This document shows, in pieces, positions 9,718 to 19,407 of a stretch of DNA of 58,475 nt. The notes under the pieces are model-generated. The model was not told the origin of the DNA. It saw nothing but the letters and a program-made list of their open reading frames with translations, and ran no database searches. The stretch is from Solirubrobacteraceae bacterium (GTDB lineage: Bacteria > Actinomycetota > Thermoleophilia > Solirubrobacterales > Solirubrobacteraceae), in contig DATJTQ010000179.1 of the NCBI GenBank assembly GCA_035503355.1, positions 1 to 58,475 on the forward strand, in the 5' to 3' direction. Made by a program: the position numbers and the translations under genes. The number at the start of each line of letters is the position of its first letter. The stretch's first letter is position 1.

Positions 9718-10896
9718 ATGAGCACTGTCGAGCACGAGACCTCGGATCCGACCTCGTTCGCCGCCGGTGAAGGACTGGTGGTATCGGTCGTCATCCCCTG
9801 CCTGAACGAGGAGGAGACGATCGAGGAGTGCGTCACACGCGCTCGGACCGTCCTCGAGGATCACGGGATCTCCGGCGAGGTCATCGTCGCCGACAACGCG
9901 TCCGAGGACGCCAGCGCCCGCCTGGCGGCGGAGGCCGGCGCCATCGTCGTCCACGAGCCGATGCGCGGGTACGGGAGCGCCTACATGGCCGGCTTCAAGG
10001 CCGCCCGGGGCCGCTTCATCGTCATGGCCGACGCCGATCTCACCTACGACTTCGGCGAGATCCCCCACTTCCTGGATGAGCTCGAGGCGGGGTCGGACAT
10101 GGTGATCGGCAACCGGATGAAGAACATCCACCCTGGCGCGATGCCGTGGCTTCACCGCTACATCGGCAACCCGCTGCTGTCGGGGTTCCTCAACCTCCTG
10201 TTCCGCACCGGCGTCGACGACGCCCACTGCGGCATGCGGGCGTTCCGCCGCGACGCGCTGGCCCGGCTGGACCTGCGCACCACCGGGATGGAGTTCGCCT
10301 CAGAGATGGTCATCCGGGCGGCCAAGGAGAAGCTGCGCATCGCCCAGTTCGACATCGAGTACCACCCGCGGGGAGGGGAGTCCAAGCTCTCCAGCTTCCG
10401 CGACGGCTGGCGCCACCTGCGCTTCCTGCTGCTGCACTCCCCCAACCATCTCTTCATCCTGCCGGGGACGCTGATGGCGGTGATCGGGGCCGCCGTCGAG
10501 CTCATCGTCATCGCGCATCTGGGCATCTTCGGGCGCAACTGGGACATCCACGCCCTCATCGGCGGCGCGCTGCTCGCCATCGTCGGAACCCAGGTGGTCG
10601 TCCTAGGGGTCTGCGCCCACGCCTACGCGACCTATTTCATGGGCGAGCAGGATCGATGGTTTGACCGCATGCGTGCCCGCTACAGGCTCGAACATGGCCT
10701 CCTGCTGGGAGGCGCGCTGACCCTTGCGGGATTGGCCGTGGGCGCCTTCATCGTCATCGACTGGATCAACCACGGCTTCGGGAGGCTCTCGGAGGAGAAC
10801 CTTGCGGTGCTGTCGGCGACGCTGATCATCGTCGGCATCCAGATCTTCTTCTCGTCCTTCCTGCTGTCGATCCTCGGTCTGCGCCGGATTCGCTAG
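9718..10896 (+). CDS. GT2 polyprenol-phosphate sugar synthase-like (DPM1-like) with C-terminal TM helices
   Basis: SVVIPCLNEE, DNASED, GYGSAY, MADADLTYD, GESKL; hydrophobic C-terminus. Confidence 0.9.
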   Translation: MSTVEHETSDPTSFAAGEGLVVSVVIPCLNEEETIEECVTRARTVLEDHGISGEVIVADNASEDASARLAAEAGAIVVHEPMRGYGSAYMAGFKAARGRFIVMADADLTYDFGEIPHFLDELEAGSDMVIGNRMKNIHPGAMPWLHRYIGNPLLSGFLNLLFRTGVDDAHCGMRAFRRDALARLDLRTTGMEFASEMVIRAAKEKLRIAQFDIEYHPRGGESKLSSFRDGWRHLRFLLLHSPNHLFILPGTLMAVIGAAVELIVIAHLGIFGRNWDIHALIGGALLAIVGTQVVVLGVCAHAYATYFMGEQDRWFDRMRARYRLEHGLLLGGALTLAGLAVGAFIVIDWINHGFGRLSEENLAVLSATLIIVGIQIFFSSFLLSILGLRRIR

Positions 10897-11819
10897 TGAC
10901 GGCCGAGCGGCCGTTGCGGATCGCCTTCGTCGGTCAGGGTGTGTACTTCGAGCACAGTGCCCTGGCCCGGCCCACCGCGGATCTGGACCCCACGTTCATC
11001 GATTTCCGCGCCGGAGCGCCGGCGGGCCCGCTGCTGGCCCGGCTGCTCGAGCTGGACCCGGACGTCATCCTCGTCTTCCGCCCCGAGATCATCCCCGCCG
11101 GGATGTTCGCGGGCCTGCGGGCGGTGACGATCGGCTACCTCACGGAGCCCCTGCCCCGCAACGGGGCGAAGGCCCATTCGGACCTGACGGCGCGGCTGGG
11201 CTGGCTGCAGGCGGTGGACGCCGGCAACTTCGATCGGATCGTCTCCTTCGACCCGCTGATCGCGGAGACGGCGAGCACGATCCTGCCCGTCTGGCGCTCG
11301 CTGCCGATCCCCGTCGGTGACGAGATGTTCATGGACGTGCATGAGCGGGCCCATCCGCCGCGGATGCTCTTCGTGGGCCGCTCCACCGCGCACCGCGAGG
11401 AGCTGCTGGGGCCGGTCAAGCGCCGCCACCCGATCGTGCACATCGGCCACGGGCTGTTCGGTTCCCGCCTCGATCGCTTCCTGAGGGCCGCCGACGTCCA
11501 GCTCAACCTCCACAACCACCCGTATCCGACCTTCGAGAATCGCGTCTGCACCGCGCTGGCGGCCGGCCACCTGGTCATCTCCGAGACGCTCAGTCCCGAT
11601 CACGGTCTCCAGGCCGGGCGCCACCTCCTGCAGGCCGACACCCCCGAGGCGCTGGTCGGGCTGGCCGACGAGCTCGCCGGCGACCCCGACGCCCACCTCG
11701 ACGTCCAGCGCGCCGGGCGCGCCGAGGCCGAGCGGTTCCGGGCCTCGGCCGTCTATCCCCAGCTCATCCGCGACGCGCTCGACGACGTCGCGCGCCACGG
11801 CGGGCGCCCGCGCCCCTGA
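10896..11819 (+). CDS. Putative glycosyltransferase (GT-B, CgeB-like C-terminus)
   Basis: LFVGRST.HR, QLNLH...TFENRV..ALAAG.LVISE; paralog of 11837-12790. Confidence 0.7.
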   Translation: MTAERPLRIAFVGQGVYFEHSALARPTADLDPTFIDFRAGAPAGPLLARLLELDPDVILVFRPEIIPAGMFAGLRAVTIGYLTEPLPRNGAKAHSDLTARLGWLQAVDAGNFDRIVSFDPLIAETASTILPVWRSLPIPVGDEMFMDVHERAHPPRMLFVGRSTAHREELLGPVKRRHPIVHIGHGLFGSRLDRFLRAADVQLNLHNHPYPTFENRVCTALAAGHLVISETLSPDHGLQAGRHLLQADTPEALVGLADELAGDPDAHLDVQRAGRAEAERFRASAVYPQLIRDALDDVARHGGRPRP

Positions 11820-11836
11820 GCCGGCCCAGCCGCCGC

Positions 11837-12790
11837 TCAGCCGCCGGAGCCGCCACTGCGCCGCTCCTCGAACGCCGCCACGTCGAGCCGCAGGTCATGG
11901 ACGATGCGCTGAAAGGTCCGTGAGGCGCGGTAATGCTCCGCCTTCATCCGCCCGCGCAGGCGGATGCGCTGATACATCTCGGGAAAGCGGGCCAGGCGAT
12001 CGAGCATGTAGACCAGCTCGCCGCCGGAGTCAAAGGAGAGATAGTCCAGTCCGGGCTCGAGACCGTGACGAGGCCCGAGCGAGTTCGCGAAGAGAAGCTG
12101 CCCGGCGGCCAGATGCACGCCGACCTGGGCTCCGAAGCCCGCACCGGGCTCGCGGGGAACGTAGACCCCCGCGTCGTACTCGCCCAGCAACGCGGCCAGC
12201 TCCTCGCCGGCCACGCCGTGGATGATCTCCAGCAGGTCGTGATGATGCTTCGCCGGCAGCAGCAGGTCGTCGCGGTGGGTGGTGGAGCGCCCGATCGTCA
12301 TCACCGAGGGGCGGCGATGAAGGGGGCGCACCTCGCCGTAGAGCATGTCGGCGATCGGCGGCGGGATCGCACGCCAGATCCGGCGGCCGGCGACTTCGGT
12401 GCCGGTCAGGGCGGTGCGAAAGGACGCCACCCGGTCCAGCGCGGCGAGGCGGTCGCCGAGCTCCGGGGCGGGGTGGCGCTCGGCGTGGACGCTGGAGGCC
12501 ACCAGGATTCCCAGGGTGATGCCCGGGAGGCGACGGAGGGCGTCGCCCGACAGGCAGCGGGGGTCCAGCACGACGGTGACGTCGGGGGCGAAGCGGTTCA
12601 CCGCGGCCAATGTCAGCTCCGGATCGTCGCCGGGTGACACCGCCACGCCGCAGGCGCGGTAGGCCGGCGTCTGCGGTGGCGGACAGCAGATGGCGAGCCA
12701 TGCCGGCGGCCCCAGGACGGCCAGCCGCGTCCGCTGGCCGGTGGCACCGATGCGCGCGCGAGCGGCGATGGTCGGGGCGGAGCTGCTCAT
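11837..12790 (-). CDS. Putative glycosyltransferase, paralog of 10896-11819
   Basis: Start MSSSAPT (approximate); IWRAIPPPIAD, IGRSTTHR, HLAAGQLL..LGPRHGL, GR.KAE.YRAS. Confidence 0.65.
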   Translation of the reverse strand: MSSSAPTIAARARIGATGQRTRLAVLGPPAWLAICCPPPQTPAYRACGVAVSPGDDPELTLAAVNRFAPDVTVVLDPRCLSGDALRRLPGITLGILVASSVHAERHPAPELGDRLAALDRVASFRTALTGTEVAGRRIWRAIPPPIADMLYGEVRPLHRRPSVMTIGRSTTHRDDLLLPAKHHHDLLEIIHGVAGEELAALLGEYDAGVYVPREPGAGFGAQVGVHLAAGQLLFANSLGPRHGLEPGLDYLSFDSGGELVYMLDRLARFPEMYQRIRLRGRMKAEHYRASRTFQRIVHDLRLDVAAFEERRSGGSGG

Positions 12791-12830
12791 CGGCCCGGCT
12801 ACGATACCGAGGCTCCGAGGCCCCCTCCCC

Positions 12831-13727
12831 ATGCCCGACTGGCAAGAGCGCATCACCCTCCAGACCCCGCCGGCCATCCTGTCCGAGCACGAGCTCCGCT
12901 ACCGGTTATTGGCCCCGCTCCTCGCCTCCAGCGCGGCCTGGGCGGACCTCGGGTGCGGCAACGGCGTCGCGCCGGCGGCGGTGCTCGACGGGCGCTGGCC
13001 CGCCCGTACGGTGCTGGTCGACCTGGAGGCCGAGGCCGTCGCACAGGCTGCCGCCCGGCTCGGGGCGACCGACACGGTGCAACTCCACGGTGACCTCACC
13101 GATCCCGACGTGCTGACCCGTGTCGGCGACGCGCTGCGGGCGGTGGAGGGTGAGCGTGTCGTCAGCTGCTTCGAGGTCGTCGAGCATCTGGCCACCTTCT
13201 CGCCGCTGCTGGAATGGGCGGGCGAGCTGGCCCGCGACGGCGTGGCCACGTTCGTGCTGAGCGTCCCCAACGATGCCTTCTGGGCGATCGAGAATCCCTT
13301 CCACGCGGCGCGCTGGGGTGAGGGTGCGTTTGACGAGCTGCGCCGTCTGCTCCCGGCCGAGCAGACGCTGATGCGTCAGGTGGCGCTCACCGGGTCGGCC
13401 ATGGTGGGGTGGGACGACGCGCCGGAGTCACACGAGCTGGGCGTGCAGGTCGGCGGCGGCACCACCGTGGCCTCGCACTTCATCGCAGCCTTCGGCCCGC
13501 GCCACCGCGATGTCGTCCGCGAGGCCGTGGCGGTGCCTGCGGCGCAGCTCGAGCAGCGGCGCTGGGAACGCCAGCGGGAGAGCAATCTGGCGGTGGCCGA
13601 GGCGCGCGTCGAGGCTCTGCGCGCCATGGAAGCCGAGCGCAACGAGTGGCGCACCTACATCCACGAGCTCGAGCGTGAGCTGGGGCGGCCGCTCTCGGGC
13701 GTTGACCCGAGCCAGCCAGCCTCGTGA
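12831..13727 (+). CDS. SAM-dependent methyltransferase with C-terminal coiled coil
   Basis: ATG 12831; EHELRY, DLGCGNG, SCFEVVEHL; coiled-coil-like tail. Confidence 0.82.
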   Translation: MPDWQERITLQTPPAILSEHELRYRLLAPLLASSAAWADLGCGNGVAPAAVLDGRWPARTVLVDLEAEAVAQAAARLGATDTVQLHGDLTDPDVLTRVGDALRAVEGERVVSCFEVVEHLATFSPLLEWAGELARDGVATFVLSVPNDAFWAIENPFHAARWGEGAFDELRRLLPAEQTLMRQVALTGSAMVGWDDAPESHELGVQVGGGTTVASHFIAAFGPRHRDVVREAVAVPAAQLEQRRWERQRESNLAVAEARVEALRAMEAERNEWRTYIHELERELGRPLSGVDPSQPAS

Positions 13728-14989
13728 AGGTCGCCTTCCTGGTCAACGATCTCCAGCTCTCGGGCGGGGTCGGCGTCGTCGTGCAGCACGCCCGGCGGCT
13801 GAGCCTGCTCCCCGGCTGGGACGTGACCCTGGTCCTCGTCCGCGAGGACGAGGGGCCAAGCTGGCACGGGTATGAGCATCTTCCCGACCTGCACGTCCGG
13901 GGGCGCGAAGAGGCGATGGCAGACCGCTTCGACGTCGCCGTCGCCACGTGGTGGGAGACCACCTTCACCCTGTTCGAGATTCCGGCGGGGCGGCATGCCT
14001 ACTTCGTGCAGAGCCTCGAGGATCGTTTCTACCTCGAGGATCAGGCCGAGCGGCTGGGCGCCGCGCTGACGCTCGATCTGCCGGTGGCCTTCATCACCGA
14101 GGCACGATGGATCGCCCAGCTCCTGGGGTCCTGGCGGCCCGACGCCCCCTGCTTCGTCGTCCGCAACGGGATCGACAAGGAGGTGTTCGCTCCGCTGGAG
14201 CGCGTGACCCCCGCCGTCGCCGGGCCGCTGCGCGTCCTGGTGGAGGGGTCGCCCACCGTGTGGCACAAACGGGTGCCGGAGGCCATCGCGGCCGTCGGCG
14301 CCATGCGTGAGCCCCATGAGGTCACCGTGGTCAGTGGAGACCGGCCCGCGCTGGCCGGCGTCGTCGCCGACCGGGTGCTGGGCCCGCTCAGCCATCGCGA
14401 GATGGCCGACCTCTACGCCGAGCACCATGTCGTGTGCAAGCTCTCCACCGTCGAGGGGATGGCGGGGCCGCCACTGGAGGGCTTTCACCGCGGCGCCACC
14501 TGCGTGGTCACTCCCGTCACGGGCCACGACGAATACGTCGAGCACGGGTATAACGCGCTGATCACCGACTGGGACGACCTGACTGGGACCGCCCGCTCCC
14601 TGGACCTGTTGGCGCGCGATCGGAAGCTTCTGCACTACCTGCGCAGCAACGCCCTGGAGACCGCGCGAGCCTGGCCCGACTGGGGCCAGTCCAGCCAGTT
14701 CATGGCGGCTGCGCTCACCGCGATCGTCCGCCTACCGCAGCCCGGCCCCACCGTCGCCGCCGCTCGTCTGAGCTCTGACCTGCGCTCGGGACTCGAGGTC
14801 TACCAGCAGAGGGTGAGCGAGCGCGCCGACTGGCACCGGCGAGCGCGGCGGTTCGAGCGGCGGCTCGAGGCCATCCGCACCAGCCGCGGCGTCCGCGCCG
14901 CGCTGAAGGTCCGGCACTCCTGGCCGGTGCGCACCGCGCTGCGCCCCTTGCGCCCCATCAAGCGTCGCATCATGCGTCAGCCGCGCTGA
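13724..14989 (+). CDS. Glycosyltransferase family 4, WsaF-like
   Basis: SGGVGVV, DVAVATWWET, YFVQSLEDRFY, EGMAGPPLE. Confidence 0.8.
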   Translation: MKVAFLVNDLQLSGGVGVVVQHARRLSLLPGWDVTLVLVREDEGPSWHGYEHLPDLHVRGREEAMADRFDVAVATWWETTFTLFEIPAGRHAYFVQSLEDRFYLEDQAERLGAALTLDLPVAFITEARWIAQLLGSWRPDAPCFVVRNGIDKEVFAPLERVTPAVAGPLRVLVEGSPTVWHKRVPEAIAAVGAMREPHEVTVVSGDRPALAGVVADRVLGPLSHREMADLYAEHHVVCKLSTVEGMAGPPLEGFHRGATCVVTPVTGHDEYVEHGYNALITDWDDLTGTARSLDLLARDRKLLHYLRSNALETARAWPDWGQSSQFMAAALTAIVRLPQPGPTVAAARLSSDLRSGLEVYQQRVSERADWHRRARRFERRLEAIRTSRGVRAALKVRHSWPVRTALRPLRPIKRRIMRQPR

Positions 14990-14995
14990 TCGGGC

Positions 14996-16180
14996 GTGGA
15001 TACGTCGGTCGCCATGCGCCGGGCCCGAGAGCTGGCGCGCCGTGCTCTGGGCCGCCCCGCCGATCCCGTGACTCCCGCACTGCCAGAGGCTCTGACCGAG
15101 CTGGCCCGCCGCGGCCCCACGGTCCTGGGGCCCACCTTCGGCGGTGCAACGGATGCCGCGCTGTCGGTGGCCGTCGTCATGCCCTCCTTTCGGCAGGGCA
15201 GCGGCGGCCACGCCACCATCGTGCACCTCGCGAGCGCGCTCGCCGCCCGCGGGCACGCCGTGTCCTTATGGCTCGAGGACTTCGAGCAGCGTCACGCGCG
15301 AGACGGGAGCGCGCTCACCGGCCGGCAGTTCGTCGACTGGTTCGGCGGCGCGGAGCTGGAGTTGCACTGCGACTTCAGCGCCTGGCAGGGCGCCGATGTC
15401 GCGGTGGCCACCGGCTGGCAGACCGTCCCACGCGTCCTGTTGCTGCCGGGTGTCTCGGGCCGGGCCTACCTGGTCCAGGACCACGAGCCCGAGTTCTATC
15501 CGACCTCCGCGCAGAGCCTGTTCGCGGCGGAGACCTACCGCCAGGGACTGCATTGCGTCGCGGCCAGCCCGTGGCTGGCCCAGCTGCTGCGTGACCGTTA
15601 CGGAGCGTCGTCCTCCTCCTTCGACCTCGCCGTCGATCACGCGGTGTACTCGCCCCGTGACGAGTCGCGGCGCGACGACACCGTCGCCTTCTACGCGCGT
15701 GCGGCGACGCCGCGGCGGGCGGTCCCCCTCGGCCTGCTGGCCCTCGGAGAGCTGACCCGGCGGCGGCCCGGGGCGCGGATCGCGCTCTTTGGCGGCGACG
15801 CCCACGCGGACTTCCATCACGAGGCGCTCGGCACGGTCCGCTCCGCCGATCTGGCGACGCTCTACCGGCAGGCCACCGTCGGCATGGTGTTCTCGCTCAC
15901 CAACCCATCGCTCGTCGGACTGGAGATGATGGCCTGTGGGCTGCCGTGCGTCGAGGTGGACAGCGAGCCGATGCGGGCCAGCTTCGGGGTTGCCGGCCCC
16001 CTGCGCCTGACGCCGCCCGAGCCTCTGACGCTTTGCTCTACGATTGAGGCGCTTCTCGACGACGAGGCCGAACGCCGGCGTCTGGGCGACGCCGGTCTGG
16101 CGTTCGTGCAGGGACGGACCTGGAGCAGAGCAGCCGAGCAGGTGGAGGCTGGACTCCGCCACGCGCTGGTGCCGCGTTGA
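14996..16180 (+). CDS. WsaF-like rhamnosyltransferase (GT4)
   Basis: GSGGHATI, DVAVATGWQT, YLVQDHEPEFY, FYAR..TPRR, SLTNPSLVGLEMMACG. Confidence 0.88.
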   Translation: MDTSVAMRRARELARRALGRPADPVTPALPEALTELARRGPTVLGPTFGGATDAALSVAVVMPSFRQGSGGHATIVHLASALAARGHAVSLWLEDFEQRHARDGSALTGRQFVDWFGGAELELHCDFSAWQGADVAVATGWQTVPRVLLLPGVSGRAYLVQDHEPEFYPTSAQSLFAAETYRQGLHCVAASPWLAQLLRDRYGASSSSFDLAVDHAVYSPRDESRRDDTVAFYARAATPRRAVPLGLLALGELTRRRPGARIALFGGDAHADFHHEALGTVRSADLATLYRQATVGMVFSLTNPSLVGLEMMACGLPCVEVDSEPMRASFGVAGPLRLTPPEPLTLCSTIEALLDDEAERRRLGDAGLAFVQGRTWSRAAEQVEAGLRHALVPR

Positions 16181-16228
16181 GAACCCGGTCAAGCCGATGC
16201 TGAGCCCGTCACCCCACATCTCGCTGTC

Positions 16229-18511
16229 ATGAGCACGTCTGAACAGGCCCATCGCGAGGTTCCTCGCGCGGCGTTCGCGGGTGTGCGCGTCCGCCGCCGG
16301 TTCTCCCCGCCGGTGGTCCTCTCGGCGGCGCTGGCACTGCTCACCGTGCTGGCCGGTCTGGTGGCCGCCAGCGTGACGGTGTGGGCGCTGGACGAGACCG
16401 TGCTGGAGGAGTCGGCGCTCCACTACACGTCGAACTTCCCCTCCTCGCTGCTGCACGACGTCAACGCCCGCGCCACCGACCGCTTCTACTCGTTCATCCT
16501 CTCGATCCCCCTGCGGCTGTTCAACGGCGCCACCGCCATCCAGGTCGATCACGTGCTCAGCACGATCATGTTCATCAGCGCCGCGGTGCCGGTGTATCTG
16601 CTGGCACGCCGCATGCTCCGTTCGCCGTGGTCAGCGGTCGCGGTGGCGCTGCTCTCCGTCGCCCTGCCGTGGCTGACCATCACCACGGCCCTGTTCACCG
16701 AGAACCTCGCCTACCCGCTGTTCTGGTGGGCGATGCTGGCGTGCCTGTACGCGTTGTGGCACCCGGGCCTGCGCGCCGACCTGCTGGCTCTGATCGCCGT
16801 CGGATTGCTGGTCATCACCCGGGTGCAGTTCGCCGGACTGTTCCTCGGCTACGTCTGCGCCATCGTCGGAGTGGCGATCGTGCGCTGGCGTACCGCGCCG
16901 GCCCCACGCCGGCTGCGTCCCATCGCGGTCAGCGTGGTGCGCAAGTACCCGTTGACCGCCGCCATCGTCGGCCTCGGGATCCTCGTCTTGCTCTACCTGG
17001 CGGCCGCCGGCACGCTGAAGACCGACGTCAGTCGCGCGCTGGGCAATTACAGCAACGTCGTCATCCGCACCGGCCTGCCGCCCAACATGGTCGAGGGGCT
17101 GCTGGTGGAGTTGATCGCGTTGGCGCTCGGGGTGGGCGTGCTCCCCGCGATCGTCTCTCTCACCTGGTACGTCAAGCGGGTGACCTCTCCGCGCCTGGAC
17201 GAGATGTACGTGTACCTGCTGGGCGGCGGGCTCATGCTCATCGTCTTCCTCATCCTCACCGTGTTCTCGCAGTTCGGCTACATCGGTGCCATCACCGAGG
17301 AGCGTTACTTCTTCTACGTCGTGCCGGCGTTCTGGCTGGGCACCTTCGCCGCCCTGGAGGAGCGCTCGTCGGTGGTCCGCGCCGGGGAGCTCATCGTCTG
17401 CGCGGTCGCCTTGGCGGCGATCTTCGGCTCCATCCCCTTCCTGTCGCCGATGACCAGCGAGACGGCGTTCCTGGCTCCCGCCGAGTCCGTCGTCCAGCAC
17501 GTCCTGACCAATCGCATCGACGAGTTCGGAATCGGCCTCACGCCGCAGGACACGCTGGCCATCCTCACCACCTTGGCCGGGCTCGTCGTCGCCTTGGTGT
17601 GGCCACGCCGGCCGCGGACACGGTGGGGCTGGATCCTGGGCATCGCCGTCGGCCTGCAGTTGTTGATCACCGGCTACGCCTATGCGGTGATCACCGGCCA
17701 CGTCAGCGGTATCCCCGGACGTACCACCGGCAGCGTGTCGGCACTGGGGTGGGTGGACAGCCACACCCAGACGGGAACGGTGTCCTGGCTGGACAACCTC
17801 TCCCCCGCTGCCGCGCCCGCGGTCAACGGCGAGGACCAGCAGCGCACCACGCTCTTCTTCAACAAGTCGGTGACCAACTGGCTCTCGGTGCCCGAGGATG
17901 GGTTGCCGATTCCCATCTTCCCCATGTCGGCAGAGCCGGGTAACGCCGGGCTCGCCGTGGTCAACGGCACCGGGCTGTTGGGCCCCCAGGCGGCGCTGGC
18001 CTCGGTCCGTGAGGTGGTGGGGGCGGTGGCCTCACCGTTCCTGCAGGTGGCGGGGCAGACCATCGCCACCTCGCCCGGCGGCGGGATGATCCTCACCCGG
18101 GTCTCGCCGCCGATGCGCGCGTCGTGGATCGCCGAGGGGCTGGCCCCCGATGGCTCCGTGCTCGCCGACGCGCCCGCCAAGCTGTTCGCCTTCAACGACG
18201 CCTCCGGGTCGGCGACCCGCATGCGGGTCACCTTCGCGGTCATCCCGCCGGCGGCCACCGCCACCCTGCCCGTGGGCCGGCACACCACCGTCACCGTGCG
18301 CCTGGGATCGGTGACGCGGTCGCTCACCCTCACCGTGGGCAATCCCGCCATCCCGGAGATGGCCCTCGACGTGTGCCTGCCTCAGGGGACGCCCAACGCG
18401 TCGGGCGCGATCTCGGTCAAGAAGACGCCCGGCGTGGCCTCGCATCAGGCGGGAGCCCTGCTGGAGCACGTGATCGTGAGCCGGTCGCGGGCGACCGGCT
18501 GCCCACGCTGA
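16229..18511 (+). CDS. Polytopic membrane protein, GT-C-like glycosyltransferase with extracellular C-terminal domain
   Basis: DE motif after TM1 (WALDE), ENLAYP, ERY loop, many TM helices, soluble beta-rich C-terminus. Confidence 0.7.
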   Translation: MSTSEQAHREVPRAAFAGVRVRRRFSPPVVLSAALALLTVLAGLVAASVTVWALDETVLEESALHYTSNFPSSLLHDVNARATDRFYSFILSIPLRLFNGATAIQVDHVLSTIMFISAAVPVYLLARRMLRSPWSAVAVALLSVALPWLTITTALFTENLAYPLFWWAMLACLYALWHPGLRADLLALIAVGLLVITRVQFAGLFLGYVCAIVGVAIVRWRTAPAPRRLRPIAVSVVRKYPLTAAIVGLGILVLLYLAAAGTLKTDVSRALGNYSNVVIRTGLPPNMVEGLLVELIALALGVGVLPAIVSLTWYVKRVTSPRLDEMYVYLLGGGLMLIVFLILTVFSQFGYIGAITEERYFFYVVPAFWLGTFAALEERSSVVRAGELIVCAVALAAIFGSIPFLSPMTSETAFLAPAESVVQHVLTNRIDEFGIGLTPQDTLAILTTLAGLVVALVWPRRPRTRWGWILGIAVGLQLLITGYAYAVITGHVSGIPGRTTGSVSALGWVDSHTQTGTVSWLDNLSPAAAPAVNGEDQQRTTLFFNKSVTNWLSVPEDGLPIPIFPMSAEPGNAGLAVVNGTGLLGPQAALASVREVVGAVASPFLQVAGQTIATSPGGGMILTRVSPPMRASWIAEGLAPDGSVLADAPAKLFAFNDASGSATRMRVTFAVIPPAATATLPVGRHTTVTVRLGSVTRSLTLTVGNPAIPEMALDVCLPQGTPNASGAISVKKTPGVASHQAGALLEHVIVSRSRATGCPR

Positions 18512-18516
18512 CGCCG

Positions 18517-19407
18517 CTACAGGTTCTCGGCGACGTACGGCGCCGAGCGGTTGAAGACCACGAACCCGAGCGCGAAGACCGCCGCGACGATGGCGAACAT
18601 CCCGCAGATCCACACCGGTCCCATCAGCTCGCGGATTCCCGGAGTGGCGTTGTTGACCATGGCGTGACGGAACTGCTGGAAGGTCGAGGCCAGCGGGTTG
18701 AGCATGTACACCTCGACCAGCGTGTGACTGAGCTTGGCCTGCACCGAGGACAGGGGAACGATCACCGGTGAGGCGTAGAAGATGACCTGGGTGAGAACGT
18801 CCCAGATCGGCTGGATGTCACGGAAATACACATACAGGGCCGACAGCAGCATGGCCAGGCCCGTGGAGAACACGGCGAGCACGAACAGGATCACGGGCAG
18901 CTCCAGCCAGGTGAGCATCGGGCGCACGCCCGAGAACAGCGCGAAGATGAGCACCACCAGGAGGTTGAGCCCGAGGTTGAACACGGCGCCGAGCACCATC
19001 GACAGCGGGATGACCAGTCGCGGGAACTGGACTTTGCGGACCACGGCCTCCTGCGAGACGACGCTCGCCACCGCGCCCACCGTGCACTCCGAGAAGAACG
19101 TGAAGAGCACGATCGAGCTGAGCAACTGCACGCCGTAGAAGTGCTCGGGCTCACCCAGCCGCGCGTTGGCACCCCGGCCGACATGGCCGATGACGGTGAA
19201 GAAGGTGTAGAGCACGGTGAACAACAGCAGGGGGCGCATGAGCTGCCACAGGTAGCCCAGCGCGGAGCCGAAGAAGCGCAGCTTCCACTGGATCCGCGCG
19301 ATGTTGAAGGTGAGATGCCAGAACCGGTTCCAGTCGCTGGTCAGCGCGCGCGGGCCGCTGATCGGCCGTCCCAGCTCCTCGTAGGGGATGGCTTCGGTCG
19401 CGCTCAC
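18517..19407 (-). CDS. wzm: Polysaccharide ABC exporter permease
   Basis: GSALGYLWQLMRPL, KVQFPR, YFRDI, FYASPV, LNPL. Confidence 0.93.
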   Translation of the reverse strand: MSATEAIPYEELGRPISGPRALTSDWNRFWHLTFNIARIQWKLRFFGSALGYLWQLMRPLLLFTVLYTFFTVIGHVGRGANARLGEPEHFYGVQLLSSIVLFTFFSECTVGAVASVVSQEAVVRKVQFPRLVIPLSMVLGAVFNLGLNLLVVLIFALFSGVRPMLTWLELPVILFVLAVFSTGLAMLLSALYVYFRDIQPIWDVLTQVIFYASPVIVPLSSVQAKLSHTLVEVYMLNPLASTFQQFRHAMVNNATPGIRELMGPVWICGMFAIVAAVFALGFVVFNRSAPYVAENL

